Assembly (NCBI GenBank): GCA_021825655.1
Contig: JAKAGU010000001.1
Span: 1-48,357, forward strand
From: a bacterium
GTDB lineage: Bacteria > Patescibacteriota > Doudnabacteria > UBA920
Reading direction: 5' to 3'
DNA: 48,357 bases
Shown here: in pieces, positions 31,381-41,161 of the stretch
Layout: every line of letters begins with the position of its first letter
Numbering within the stretch: position 1 is the stretch's first letter
The notes under the pieces: generated by a model
What the model saw: only the letters and a program-made list of their open reading frames with translations
Databases searched by the model: none
Told to the model about the DNA's origin: nothing
Made by a program: the position numbers and the translations under genes

Positions 31381-33261
31381 TTATTTCACCACGTACTCTA
31401 TCCACTTGTCGTCCGTAGCCGGATTTGCGGTTGAGGCTTTTAGGCTGCCGATTGCGGTATAACTTTGCCCGTCGACGCTCCCGGATAATTCATCCACCCT
31501 ATCCGTACTCTGTCCCATGGGCAAAATCCGAATCTTGGAAACTTGCACTGTGGAGCCAAAATCCACCTGCAGCCAAGCCTTGCGCACCGTATAGGCCGCG
31601 CAGCCGTAACCGTAAATACCGTCATTGCGCGTGTGCAAAACGTACCAGCTGCAATTATCCGCGGTTTCGCCCGCGTTCCAAACTAATTGGGTGTCGCCGT
31701 CAATCGCGCCCTTGGCACCCACGGAATAGGAAGGCGCGGTACCGTAATTGCACCAGTCACAGCTAGTGCTGGCACCCGTGGGCTTAAGCTTGCTGCCGTC
31801 GGGGCCGTAAAATTCCATTTCACGAATAGCCACCCAGCCGGATTTCGTAATGCTGTCTTTAATGTATCGCACGCTCACGCTGGGCGCGGTTTGAGTTCCG
31901 GTGTTGGCACTAACATCCGTGCTGGTTGCGGTGCTAGTGCTGGTATTCTGCAAGTCGTCGGAAGCCGCACATTTGAGCACCATGCCGCAGGCGGTTTGCT
32001 CATTGTAATTCGGGCCTTTAATATACTGGCAGCCCGCGGGCGGAGCCGCATAGTCGCAGACGGCCAACGGCTGGCTCTCGGGATACACGAGCCAGGTGTT
32101 GCTCTTTATGTCACCCTTAAATTCATATAATTTAGTATAAGTCGTACCGTCCGAACTGATTAGCAGTTGGTGATCGGCACTGGCCGGATTAGGCGAATTT
32201 TCGGTAAGCAACCGAATTTTGCTTACGTCTTTTACGCTGCCTAAATCTATTTGGATCCATGCCGACTGGTTACCGCTGCCGCAACCCATCCGGTCGGCGG
32301 CGCTGGTGCCGAACCAGTTGCAATTCGGCGCGGTTTCGCCCGCGTTCCAGACCGTGTTGGTATTGCCGTCAATGGCTAATTTCGGGCCGTGATCCTGGCC
32401 GTCCGACGGATAATTCCGCCAGGTGTACTGGGCTGTGGCATTTACAGGGACTAGCTTGTTGCCGCTGGCATCATATATTTCAATTTCGCGCCAAGCCACC
32501 CACGAACGGCTGACTACAGTCTGGACTTTCAAATAGCGGAACGAAACGCCGCTGCCCGAGCTGCCGCCATCCGAGCTCCCGGCCGTTGGACAGGCGCTAA
32601 ATTCACAGTTGGGCCCGGTGGGGCTGACATAAGTCTTGCCGTCCGAACACAGCTTGGCAATGGTGGGACAAGCCACGGGGCCGTCCGGCGCCGGCAGGGT
32701 GGTAAAATATTTTCTGACCAATAAAATGCCTTTTTTGTTCGGCTGGGAATAAAACTCCACCTTGGTTCTGCTTTTTGGCTTAAGCTGAACTTCGGCCTCA
32801 CCCTGCTGCTCAGCGGTCGCAGCTAAAGCGGTTCCGTTGATGTAAATAGAACCTTGGGCGTTCCTCACCCGGCTCCAGGCAATTTGATAATTCCACAAGT
32901 TCACGCCATATCCGATAGGTTGGGCAGTGATGGTGATTACCCGGTTGCCTTTGGTGGTAACCGAAACTTCCGGATAGGCTGACTCGGCCTGCGTCTCCGT
33001 GCCCAGCACGCTGGAAATTGTTGTCTGGTGAGCTCGGGCCACCTGCACTCCCGGATCATAAACGCTTGCTGCAATTTCCTGCTGCGCAGCCAAGCTTAAG
33101 GCGCCGACGCTGCTGGCGGCAAAAATTACCATGGCAAGAGCCACGGCGCTGCTCATTCGGGATGTAAAGGCCGACTTAATCACGCCGGCCGCATCTCCCA
33201 GCCCGACCCTGCGGGCTTTGGAAAGGCTTAAAACCTTCCGCCTATAAACATATGGGTTCAT
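31381..33261 (-). CDS. Surface protein with two discoidin/F5/8 (CBM32-like) domains and Cys-rich modules
   Basis: Twice RY....WVA.RE.E...AIDG...WNAGETA..AW.Q.D.G....KIR; ACPTIAKLCSDG..GPNCEF and CDYAAPPAGC modules; N-terminal TM; promoter TTGCAA-17-TATAAT at 33399-33371. Confidence 0.8.
   Translation of the reverse strand: MNPYVYRRKVLSLSKARRVGLGDAAGVIKSAFTSRMSSAVALAMVIFAASSVGALSLAAQQEIAASVYDPGVQVARAHQTTISSVLGTETQAESAYPEVSVTTKGNRVITITAQPIGYGVNLWNYQIAWSRVRNAQGSIYINGTALAATAEQQGEAEVQLKPKSRTKVEFYSQPNKKGILLVRKYFTTLPAPDGPVACPTIAKLCSDGKTYVSPTGPNCEFSACPTAGSSDGGSSGSGVSFRYLKVQTVVSRSWVAWREIEIYDASGNKLVPVNATAQYTWRNYPSDGQDHGPKLAIDGNTNTVWNAGETAPNCNWFGTSAADRMGCGSGNQSAWIQIDLGSVKDVSKIRLLTENSPNPASADHQLLISSDGTTYTKLYEFKGDIKSNTWLVYPESQPLAVCDYAAPPAGCQYIKGPNYNEQTACGMVLKCAASDDLQNTSTSTATSTDVSANTGTQTAPSVSVRYIKDSITKSGWVAIREMEFYGPDGSKLKPTGASTSCDWCNYGTAPSYSVGAKGAIDGDTQLVWNAGETADNCSWYVLHTRNDGIYGYGCAAYTVRKAWLQVDFGSTVQVSKIRILPMGQSTDRVDELSGSVDGQSYTAIGSLKASTANPATDDKWIEYVVK
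31660..32349. repeat. 21-nt identical direct repeat from the internal domain duplication
   Basis: cgcggtttcgcccgcgttcca at 31660-31680 and 32329-32349 (encodes WNAGETA). Confidence 0.8.
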
Positions 33262-33460
33262 AAGTTCCCCCTCCGCGCAAAATTTTGTGCACGGAAATTA
33301 TTTAATTTTGTTTTTGTTTCAAAGTTTTGGCTAATTTTGGCCGCAACTTTTCTTTTGACCTTGTAAATAAATTATAGCACACTTTTAGAAATTTTGCAAC
33401 TTACCGCCCCTTGCTTTTATAGCTGGCTCCGCTATATAATCCGCGCATGGAGGTTCACCG

Positions 33461-33820
33461 GTGAATCGATGGCGTTGGATAATCGTGATCGTAGTTGCCA
33501 TCTTTGCGGTTCGGGCTGGTTTTTTCCCGGACGAGAGATGGTGGGCAAGTTGGGGCATCCTGCTGGTAGCCGGAGGTGTCTGGCTTCACCGCCATGAACT
33601 GGCGAAAGAGCAGCGCGCGGCAGCGGCAATGGAGGAAGACAATGATTGCGTAGCTTTCTACTCCATGATGATCGGGGCGTTTCTGGCCGGAGGCGGCTGG
33701 GCCCTTTACCACCACCTTCAGTGGTGGTCGATACTCTTCGGGGTTGGAAGCTCCATGGTGGTCTTCTGCATCTTCATTTTTGACATGATGGGGGCAGAAA
33801 GACCGGCGCAACCGGCCTAG
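33461..33820 (+). CDS. Hypothetical 4-TM membrane protein
   Basis: GTG after GGAGG; TATAAT upstream; four hydrophobic segments; followed by a terminator. Confidence 0.7.
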   Translation: MNRWRWIIVIVVAIFAVRAGFFPDERWWASWGILLVAGGVWLHRHELAKEQRAAAAMEEDNDCVAFYSMMIGAFLAGGGWALYHHLQWWSILFGVGSSMVVFCIFIFDMMGAERPAQPA

Positions 33821-33838
33821 GCCGGAAGCAACTCAAAC

Positions 33839-33925
33839 ACCGGCGCGCTCATGCTGTAAGAGCGCGCCGGTTTTTTATTATGCAAAAGAAAGACCGCCGG
33901 AAACCTGTGAAGGTCGCCGGCGGCC
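33839..33925. terminator. Two adjacent terminators for convergent genes
   Basis: accggcgcgctc/gagcgcgccggt plus T-tract (+); ccgccgg/ccggcgg plus T-tract (-). Confidence 0.8.
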
Positions 33926-33968
33926 TAAAAGTCCCATTAAAGGGATCAAGGAGAGAGGAAAACGAGAG

Positions 33969-35027
33969 CTATCGGAGGATCAGTTGGCCGTTGACGCCCA
34001 AGGCATCGGCCCGGGACTGGCTGATGCGGTTACTGTTGGAACGGTCGAACTGGCGGATATTGACGGTATAGTAGCCGTTGGGAAGGTAATACATATTCTC
34101 TCCCAACGACCCCCGGTTGAAGATGAGTATGGTCTGGTTGCCCTGGGGGTAAGCATAGAGCTCTCCCCGGGACTGAGCCAACTCAACCCGGAACTGATTG
34201 CCGCGGAGCAGGACCACAGTGTAGTCTATTGAGGCGCTGTAAGGGGCATCCAGGGTAAACACCAGGTCATTGTTGTCATTCAGCCCCGCACTGACGCCTT
34301 TCCACTCACTCAGCCCCACGCTGGCTCCGTAGCCTTCGGCCACCAGATTGCCGCTCTGTCCGTAAAACTGGACGCGGAAATTGCGGCGGTCGCGGAACGA
34401 CAGCGGGTACAGGGTGTCAGTATTGATCTCAATGCGCTGCCCGTAGCGGATGCCGTCCGGAAAGTAAATGTGGCGGCTGGCGGAGTCCGGCGCGTTCACG
34501 TAAATCGCATCGGCCTGCACCATCACGGGTCCGCTGATGGATACCGGGGAAGTGGCAATGAGGCTGCTGGTCGTGCCTTCCTCACCCTGAGCCATGGACG
34601 CGGTTACGTCCACGTTGGCGGGAAAGTCCATGCGCAGGTTGACGAAGTTGAGCGCCACCTGCTGCAGGCCAAAAACCCCGTTCTGCCAGACCGTGATCAG
34701 CAAGACCTGCGGCTTATCGGACTTAACCGAACATGTGCCAACCTTGAGGTCGCACTTCGTTGTCTGAGCGGTCAGGTCGTGGCCGTCCAAGTCAGACGTA
34801 CCCACGACCACGGGCAGTGCGAAGAGGTTGTTAGTGGTCACGTTGCCAATGCGGGCGCGGAATTGCACAGCGGCAACTTCGCCCACTTGGTAGACAGCCG
34901 CGATCTTCGGGGTAGCGGTAATTTCAATCTGCTGCTGCACGGTCGGCACCGGCGTCGGGTTAGTGGTCTGAGCGCTGGCGCACGCGGCGGCCAGGGAAAA
35001 CGTCATCGCGATAACGGAAAATTTCAC
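33969..35027 (-). CDS. Secreted beta-rich (Ig-like?) hypothetical protein
   Basis: GTG 35027 after GGAG; signal peptide MKFSVIAMTFSLAAACASA/Q; beta-strand-rich; GC-rich. Confidence 0.7.
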   Translation of the reverse strand: MKFSVIAMTFSLAAACASAQTTNPTPVPTVQQQIEITATPKIAAVYQVGEVAAVQFRARIGNVTTNNLFALPVVVGTSDLDGHDLTAQTTKCDLKVGTCSVKSDKPQVLLITVWQNGVFGLQQVALNFVNLRMDFPANVDVTASMAQGEEGTTSSLIATSPVSISGPVMVQADAIYVNAPDSASRHIYFPDGIRYGQRIEINTDTLYPLSFRDRRNFRVQFYGQSGNLVAEGYGASVGLSEWKGVSAGLNDNNDLVFTLDAPYSASIDYTVVLLRGNQFRVELAQSRGELYAYPQGNQTILIFNRGSLGENMYYLPNGYYTVNIRQFDRSNSNRISQSRADALGVNGQLILR

Positions 35028-35210
35028 TTGTCTTCTCCAATCTGGTGTCCCAATAGAACTCTCGAGTTGTTCTCTGGGCGAACTGGGCACGGATACCCAT
35101 GCGCAAATCGCCCAGAAAACCTATTTTCTCCTTGTATTTATCAGTCCTCCTACGGACTCTGATTTAAAAGAACGAAATATAATTATACACCATTTTGACT
35201 ATTTTGTCAA
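35028..35210 (-). promoter_or_regulatory. Consensus promoter and ~150-nt structured leader
   Basis: TTGACA (35210-35205)-17-TATAAT (35187-35182); TTGAC-N6-GTCAA palindrome over the -35; long hairpin ttttctgggcga/tcgcccagagaa. Confidence 0.72.
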
Positions 35211-35218
35211 GAATAATA

Positions 35219-35249
35219 CAAAAAACTCCGCATTTCTATGCGGAGTTTG
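35219..35249 (-). terminator. Terminator after pilB
   Basis: aaactccgcat/atgcggagttt. Confidence 0.82.
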
Positions 35250-35261
35250 ATTATTTAACCC

Positions 35262-36914
35262 TTATTCCCCTGCCACCCTAAACACCTCTTCCACGTCTGT
35301 TATGCCTTCCAAAGCTTTTAAAAGCCCATCCTGGGTCATGGTAATCATGCCTTGGGCTTGGCCGCCCTTTTTGAAATCCGTCATGCTGGCTTCGGAAAAA
35401 ATTAGCTTTTGGATATTGTCGGTGTTTTCCAGGACTTCGTAAATGCCAATCCGGCCCGAATAGCCTAAGTGGTGGCATTCTTCACAGCCTTCGCTGTGGA
35501 AAAACTGCAAGGCTTTGGGCACCACCAGTCCGGAACTTTTCGGAATTTGGCTTAGGATTAATTTCACGTGATCCATGAGGGTGGGCGAAAGCTGGGCCGG
35601 TTTTTTGCATGCCTGGCAGAGCCTTCTCACCAGCCGCTGCGCCAGGATGCAGGACAAAGCGGGCGCCACCACAAAGGGTTTGATCCCCATATTCAACAGG
35701 CGCGGGATGGCGCCGGCTGCGTCATTGGTATGGAGCGTAGACAGCACCATGTGGCCGGTCAGCGCGGCCTGCATGGAAACTTCCGCGGTTTCCTGGTCCC
35801 GGATTTCCCCCACCATCACGATATCCGGATCCTGTCTTAAAATTGCGCGCAGTCCCTGGGCAAAATCAAAATTATGGCTGTGGTCAATGGGGGTTTGGAC
35901 AATGCCTTCCAGCTTGTATTCCACCGGGTCTTCCAGGGTGATAATTTTCACGCCCGGCTCATTGAGTTCGTTTAAAAAAGCATACAAGGAAGTAGTCTTG
36001 CCGCTGCCCGTGGGCCCCGTGGTGATCACCATGCCATTGGGCTTGGCTAAAACGCGGTGCAGGATTTCCTGGTGCTCGGGCCTGAAGCCTAAATCCTTAA
36101 GCTTTAAATTGACTGCGCCCGTGCCCAAAAGCCGCATCACCACTTCTTCGCCATAGGCGGAAGGCAGCACGGAGACGCGCACGTCTATGGGCTTGCCCAA
36201 ATAATAAAAAGTTATGCGCCCGTCCTGGGCTTCGTTTTCTACGTTAAGCTTAAGTTTGGAAATAATTTTCAGGCGGGTGATAAAGGATTTCTGCAAAGTC
36301 TTGCTTAAGTGCAAAATATCCTGCAGCACGCCGTCCACGCGGAACCGCACTTTCACAAAATGCTCTTCCGGTTCAATGTGAATATCAGAAGATTTATAAT
36401 ACAAGCTGGCGCCGAAAATCATTCCCACCAAATCCGTGGCCGTATGTTTTTTTTGTTCCTCTTCCGAAGCCAGTGTTTTAAAAAGCTCGTGGTAGTCTTC
36501 TGTCTTTTCCACCCTAACGACATCGTCGTGCGCGGCCTTGGGCCGCATCACCTTGGCGTAAAACCTTAAAACCTGTTCCAGGCTTTTATGGGAAATTACA
36601 TACACGGTCAGTTTGTTGTGCTGGGAAAACTCTCTAAGTTTTTCCAGCAGCAAGGGGTGGTCCGGGTCAGTGATGCCGATCCGCAAGTCCGTTTGTTCTT
36701 TATAGAACGGCACTGCGCCCATTTCCTTCGCCTCCTCTTCGGTAAACATGCCCAGCACATTCAAATCAATGGGGAAATTGTGCAAGTCAATATAGGGCAG
36801 GCCCAAAGCCCCGGCGCGGGCCTGGGTTTCGCGCTCCTGCATCTGCCGGTTCAGCTCATCCAAGCTTTGTTGCAGGTCCGTTTTGGAACTGGAAAACATG
36901 GTATTTTTAGGCAT
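35262..36914 (-). CDS. pilB: GspE/PilB-family type IV pilus assembly ATPase
   Basis: SDIHIEP, GPTGSGKTT, TLEDPVE, LRQDPD..GEIRD, STLHTN, CQAC/CEEC Zn motif. Confidence 0.9.
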   Translation of the reverse strand: MPKNTMFSSSKTDLQQSLDELNRQMQERETQARAGALGLPYIDLHNFPIDLNVLGMFTEEEAKEMGAVPFYKEQTDLRIGITDPDHPLLLEKLREFSQHNKLTVYVISHKSLEQVLRFYAKVMRPKAAHDDVVRVEKTEDYHELFKTLASEEEQKKHTATDLVGMIFGASLYYKSSDIHIEPEEHFVKVRFRVDGVLQDILHLSKTLQKSFITRLKIISKLKLNVENEAQDGRITFYYLGKPIDVRVSVLPSAYGEEVVMRLLGTGAVNLKLKDLGFRPEHQEILHRVLAKPNGMVITTGPTGSGKTTSLYAFLNELNEPGVKIITLEDPVEYKLEGIVQTPIDHSHNFDFAQGLRAILRQDPDIVMVGEIRDQETAEVSMQAALTGHMVLSTLHTNDAAGAIPRLLNMGIKPFVVAPALSCILAQRLVRRLCQACKKPAQLSPTLMDHVKLILSQIPKSSGLVVPKALQFFHSEGCEECHHLGYSGRIGIYEVLENTDNIQKLIFSEASMTDFKKGGQAQGMITMTQDGLLKALEGITDVEEVFRVAGE

Positions 36915-36982
36915 GGTTTTTGTTTCAAAAAACAGGCGAATCTTCTCGCCTGTATTATACCATAAATTCCCGTTATCGGTTT

Positions 36983-38134
36983 TTACAGCATGAGCACGGA
37001 ATGCAGCAGTTTGTCTTCAACCGCTTCCAAGGAAGCTTCCGCCACCGCAAACTCATAAATATGATAGGGCTCACCCGCAGCTTCCAGCACCTTGAGCGGC
37101 TGGCCAAAATTTTTTTCATAGGGTTCGCTTTTGGCTTCCAGGTGCAGGGCAAAAAACAAACGCGCGGGCGCGCCCAGACGGCTCTGCGCCAGCAGCCCTA
37201 AAACCTGGTACCCCGACACGTTGGCCAAAAGTTCTTTTAGGGCAGGAAGCAGCAAATCTTCGCTTGCCTCGGTTTTTTCAAAATCACCCGCATTAAGTAC
37301 GGAGTAAGCCGCGCGCGCCGTTTCCAAAACTTTCAGCCTGGCCAAAGCCCGGCCCCAAAGCTTGAGCAAAGGCAAAGACTTGGTTTTGTAGACATGCTTA
37401 ATAATCTCCTGCTGCCGGCCGCCTAAGGCCACCAGGCGCGAAGCTTTCATTAAGGCCTGGGGTGTGGTCTGCGCGTGCTGGAAACTGTTGGTCTGGGTAA
37501 TGATTCCGGTTAAAAGACAAGTGGCGATCTGTTCATCAACCAGCTGCTGTTCGTACTGCTCGAATAGCCCGGACAAAACTTCGGCCAGGGAAGTGGCGGT
37601 AACATCCACCAGATTCACCGCGCCGAAATACTCATTGCCGGGCTTATTGTCGACGTTGATTTTCGGAGTCTCGTAAAAAACTTCCGTGTTGTCACGAAAC
37701 AGTCCGCCCAGGTCTTCAAAAGCCTGGCAGCCCAGGACAACCAGCAGGTCCACCGGAAATTTTTCATTCTTGAATTTGACCTCATCGGGCACAAACGGCG
37801 CGCTCTTGGATTTGAGGTAAATTTCCACCCTGTTTTCCAGCACCTGATAGCTTAGCTCATCCAATTTTTTTTGGGCCGTGTCTAATTCCACCACCAGGCT
37901 CTTTACGCTCTGTACGGTGTTTTTTAGTTCTGCGGCTTTGGGCAAAAAAGCAAACTCAGCGCCGGGCTGAGCGCTGGTCACCACCTCGACCTCCTTGCCC
38001 AATTTTTCCAAAAACAGGCGCATGGCCAAACCGGAAGCCAGGGCGTCTGCGTGCAAAACTTCCGGCAAGGCGACCAGGATTTTTTTGGCTTTGCCAATCT
38101 GGTCAAAAACCTGCTGTTCAATTTTTGTATCCAT
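36983..38134 (-). CDS. DHH/NrnA-like phosphoesterase homologue with degenerate catalytic motifs
   Basis: DALASGLA and ATCLLTGII..TNSF; the DHH motif reads VDNK. Confidence 0.75.
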   Translation of the reverse strand: MDTKIEQQVFDQIGKAKKILVALPEVLHADALASGLAMRLFLEKLGKEVEVVTSAQPGAEFAFLPKAAELKNTVQSVKSLVVELDTAQKKLDELSYQVLENRVEIYLKSKSAPFVPDEVKFKNEKFPVDLLVVLGCQAFEDLGGLFRDNTEVFYETPKINVDNKPGNEYFGAVNLVDVTATSLAEVLSGLFEQYEQQLVDEQIATCLLTGIITQTNSFQHAQTTPQALMKASRLVALGGRQQEIIKHVYKTKSLPLLKLWGRALARLKVLETARAAYSVLNAGDFEKTEASEDLLLPALKELLANVSGYQVLGLLAQSRLGAPARLFFALHLEAKSEPYEKNFGQPLKVLEAAGEPYHIYEFAVAEASLEAVEDKLLHSVLML

Positions 38135-38226
38135 AAAAATATAAAGGGTTATCTCCCCGCAACATGCAAAGGATTTTCCATTATAGGCAATTTTACTTAA
38201 AGAGTCAATCCAGGTAAAATACCTTT

Positions 38227-38625
38227 ATGAAAAGCGCTTTTATCGCATCCCTAAACGAGCTGGACAAACTGGCAGACCAGCTGGCCAAAAGCCTGACTGG
38301 CGGGGAAATACTGGCTCTGGTGGGAGATTTAGGCGCCGGCAAAACCACCTTTACCCAAAAGCTTGCCAAGCGCTTAAAAGTAACGGCCCGCGTATCCAGC
38401 CCGACTTTCGTGCTTATGAACTTGTTTAAGGCCCGGCTAAAAAACGGACGTGCTGTTACCCTTTACCACCTAGACCTGTACCGGGCGCAAAATTTTAAAG
38501 AAGTGAAGGCTTTGGGGATTACCGAATTCTGGGAACAAAAAAATTCCATAACCGTCATTGAATGGGCGGACAGGATAAAAAAATATTTGCCGAAACATGC
38601 CCTGCTTATTAAATTCAAAAACTAA
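38227..38625 (+). CDS. tsaE: t6A biosynthesis ATPase TsaE
   Basis: GDLGAGKTT, SSPTF, HLDLYR, IEWA. Confidence 0.95.
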   Translation: MKSAFIASLNELDKLADQLAKSLTGGEILALVGDLGAGKTTFTQKLAKRLKVTARVSSPTFVLMNLFKARLKNGRAVTLYHLDLYRAQNFKEVKALGITEFWEQKNSITVIEWADRIKKYLPKHALLIKFKN

Positions 38626-39841
38626 ATTTAGCTTGCTGCCGGCAACGCTGTTTATGCTGGCGGCTTTTCCGGCTCATGCCGCTACCCCGGGACTGACCTT
38701 GTTTTATCAGGACCAGAAATTCCCCGTGGACACCCAAACCCTGAGCTCCTGGCAGCGGCAGGCCCAGCTGCCCACCAGCAGCAACCTGGTGTTCAGCCAG
38801 CCTAAGCCCCAGCAGCTGGCCGCTGAATTTTTTGAGCAGTCGCCGGAACCAACGCCCCTGCAAAAAACCGCCTACAATTACAGCCCGGCCGCCGTATACG
38901 GCTACATCAGCAGCCTGGCGCAAAAACTCGACACGCCGGCAGTCGAACCGGAACTTACCATTTTAAACCAGCGGGCAATAAAATTTACTCCGCCCCAGGA
39001 CGGACTCTCTACGGACGTATTCGCCAGTACGCAAAACGCTCTTTCTGCCCTGGAAAACAACACCACCTCCACCCGGCTGACCATTAGCGTCGCTCCGCCG
39101 CGGACCAAACTTTCCGACCTGAACGACTTGGGGATTAACGAACTGGTGGCGCGGGGAGAATCCGCTTTTAAAGGCAGCCCCAGCAACCGGCGGCACAATA
39201 TTAAAATCGGGGTGGAAAAAATGTCCGGCATCATCCTGGCGCCGGGCGAAGAGTTCAGCTTCAATAAATTCTTGGGGCCGGTGGAGGCTGAAGAAGGCTT
39301 CTTGCCGGAACTGGTTATTAAAAAAGAAGGCACCATCCCCGAACTGGGCGGCGGCCTCTGTCAGGTGTCTTCCACCACTTTCCGGGCCGCCATGGCGGCG
39401 GGCCTGCCGATTAAAGAGCGGAAAAACCATGCCTACGCAGTCCAGTACTACTCGCCCCAAGGCACGGACGCCACTATATACCCGGGGTCTGTGGACTTAA
39501 AATTTGTGAACGACACGCCGGGCAGCCTGCTTATCTGGCCCTATTTAAAAGACAAAGATCATTTGAACTTTGATTTTTACGGCACCAAAGACAACCGCAC
39601 GGTCACGCTGTCCAAACCCGTCACCTACGACCGAAAGGATGACGGCTCAATGAAAGCCACCTGGGAACGGGAAGTGGTAAAAAACGGCATCACAAAAAAA
39701 GACGTTTTTAAATCCGTCTACCAGTCACCGGCCCTGTTCCATAAAGAAGAAACCTTTGTCAAAGCCTCCTCCACTCCGCCCAGCTCTCCATCCACGCCCG
39801 CCACCACCGGCAACTCAACCCCCCAATCTTCCACCAACTAA
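38597..39841 (+). CDS. VanW-family protein with N-terminal signal/anchor
   Basis: R.HNI, PGEEFSFN, GGGLCQVSSTTF, GTDATIY. Confidence 0.9.
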   Translation: MPCLLNSKTKFSLLPATLFMLAAFPAHAATPGLTLFYQDQKFPVDTQTLSSWQRQAQLPTSSNLVFSQPKPQQLAAEFFEQSPEPTPLQKTAYNYSPAAVYGYISSLAQKLDTPAVEPELTILNQRAIKFTPPQDGLSTDVFASTQNALSALENNTTSTRLTISVAPPRTKLSDLNDLGINELVARGESAFKGSPSNRRHNIKIGVEKMSGIILAPGEEFSFNKFLGPVEAEEGFLPELVIKKEGTIPELGGGLCQVSSTTFRAAMAAGLPIKERKNHAYAVQYYSPQGTDATIYPGSVDLKFVNDTPGSLLIWPYLKDKDHLNFDFYGTKDNRTVTLSKPVTYDRKDDGSMKATWEREVVKNGITKKDVFKSVYQSPALFHKEETFVKASSTPPSSPSTPATTGNSTPQSSTN

Positions 39842-39844
39842 TTT

Positions 39845-40903
39845 ATGATTCAAGCTCAAAAACCAGACAACCAGCCGGAAACGATTACTCCCTTGGATGC
39901 TGCCCAGAATGCGCCCGAGGACGCTTCTTTGGACCAAAATCTGCGCCCCGGCAAACTGGCCGACTACGTGGGGCAAACTGCGGTCAAAAACAACCTCTCC
40001 GTGGTCATGTCTGCAGCCAAACAGCGCAATGAAGTCTTGGAACACGTTTTGCTATACGGGCCTCCTGGCCTGGGCAAGACCACGCTGGCCCACATTATTG
40101 CGCGCGAAATGGGTTCTAACATTAAAATCACTTCCGGTCCGGCCATTGAGCGGGCCGGGGATCTAGCCTCCCTGCTTACCAACCTGGAAAGCGGCGATGT
40201 TTTGTTTGTGGACGAAATCCACCGGCTCAACAAGGCGGTGGAAGAAGTACTGTATCCGGCCATGGAAGACTACGTTTTGGATATTATTTTAGGAAAGGGC
40301 CCGGGTGCCCGCAGCATCCGCATGGAACTGCCCCGCTTTACCTTAATCGGCGCGACCACGCGCATCGGCCTCCTCTCCTCCCCCCTGCGGGACCGTTTTG
40401 GCGCAACCTACCGCCTGGAATATTATGAACAGCCGGAGCTGGAAAGCATTATCCTGCGCAACGCCGGAATCCTTAATGCCAAAATCGATGCCGCGGCCGC
40501 GGGCGAGCTGGCCAAGCGGAGCCGTTTCACCCCGCGCATCGCCAACCGGCTCTTAAAGCGCATCCGGGATTTTGCCCAAGTTTTCGGCCATGATACAATT
40601 ACCATACCAACGGCGCAAAAGGCTCTGGATCTGCTGGAGGTGGATGCTTTGGGCCTGGATAAAAACGACCGCCGCATACTGGATGCGCTGATTAATAAAT
40701 TTTCCGGCCGGCCTGTGGGCTTGAACACCCTGGCCGCGGCCACAGGCGAAGAAGAGGACACCATCACCGATATCCACGAACCCTTCCTCATCCGCCTGGG
40801 CCTGCTGGTAAAAACCCCGAAGGGCCGCCAGGCCACCGAGGCCGCCTACAAACACCTGGGCTTAACGCCGCCCCCCGCTTCAGGACAAACCGCTTTGCTT
40901 TAA
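39845..40903 (+). CDS. ruvB: Holliday junction DNA helicase RuvB
   Basis: [26 protein letters not shown]. Confidence 0.97.
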   Translation: MIQAQKPDNQPETITPLDAAQNAPEDASLDQNLRPGKLADYVGQTAVKNNLSVVMSAAKQRNEVLEHVLLYGPPGLGKTTLAHIIAREMGSNIKITSGPAIERAGDLASLLTNLESGDVLFVDEIHRLNKAVEEVLYPAMEDYVLDIILGKGPGARSIRMELPRFTLIGATTRIGLLSSPLRDRFGATYRLEYYEQPELESIILRNAGILNAKIDAAAAGELAKRSRFTPRIANRLLKRIRDFAQVFGHDTITIPTAQKALDLLEVDALGLDKNDRRILDALINKFSGRPVGLNTLAAATGEEEDTITDIHEPFLIRLGLLVKTPKGRQATEAAYKHLGLTPPPASGQTALL

Positions 40904-40942
40904 TTTTATTTAAATTACCCCTACGATTTAACCCGCCCTTTT

Positions 40943-41155
40943 ATGAACCTTTCCTCCCCGATTAATCTGCTGATTGCTGGAATATATTTTTTGTTGGTTG
41001 TTGTCCTGAGTTTCTTTTCTGTGTTCGGCGTGTATGTGCTGGTGCGCTACGCCCAGTCGCGCATGGTAGCTTTGGGTGTAAGTTTGCTGTACGGCTTTTT
41101 TTACCTGACTATCCTTTCAGCCTCATATTCTAACCTGCAGCAAATCCTCAAATAA
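40943..41155 (+). CDS. Small 2-TM membrane protein
   Basis: 70 aa with two hydrophobic helices. Confidence 0.7.
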   Translation: MNLSSPINLLIAGIYFLLVVVLSFFSVFGVYVLVRYAQSRMVALGVSLLYGFFYLTILSASYSNLQQILK

Positions 41156-41161
41156 CCTCCT

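Noticed and set aside
31660-32349. 21-nt direct repeat as a CRISPR repeat or DGR TR/VR pair
   Set aside because: Only two copies, both in frame within duplicated domains; no spacers, cas genes or reverse transcriptase
36927-36962. Apparent attenuator between an extended -10 box and pilB
   Set aside because: The predicted TSS falls inside the 5' arm of the hairpin, so pilB transcripts could not form it; it is most simply the terminator of the upstream DHH gene
20839-40903. ruvA and ruvB separated by 18 kb on opposite strands as evidence of a discrete insertion or inversion
   Set aside because: The interval holds core genes (uvrB, rpsT, polA, tsaE); I saw no integrase, att sites or terminal repeats
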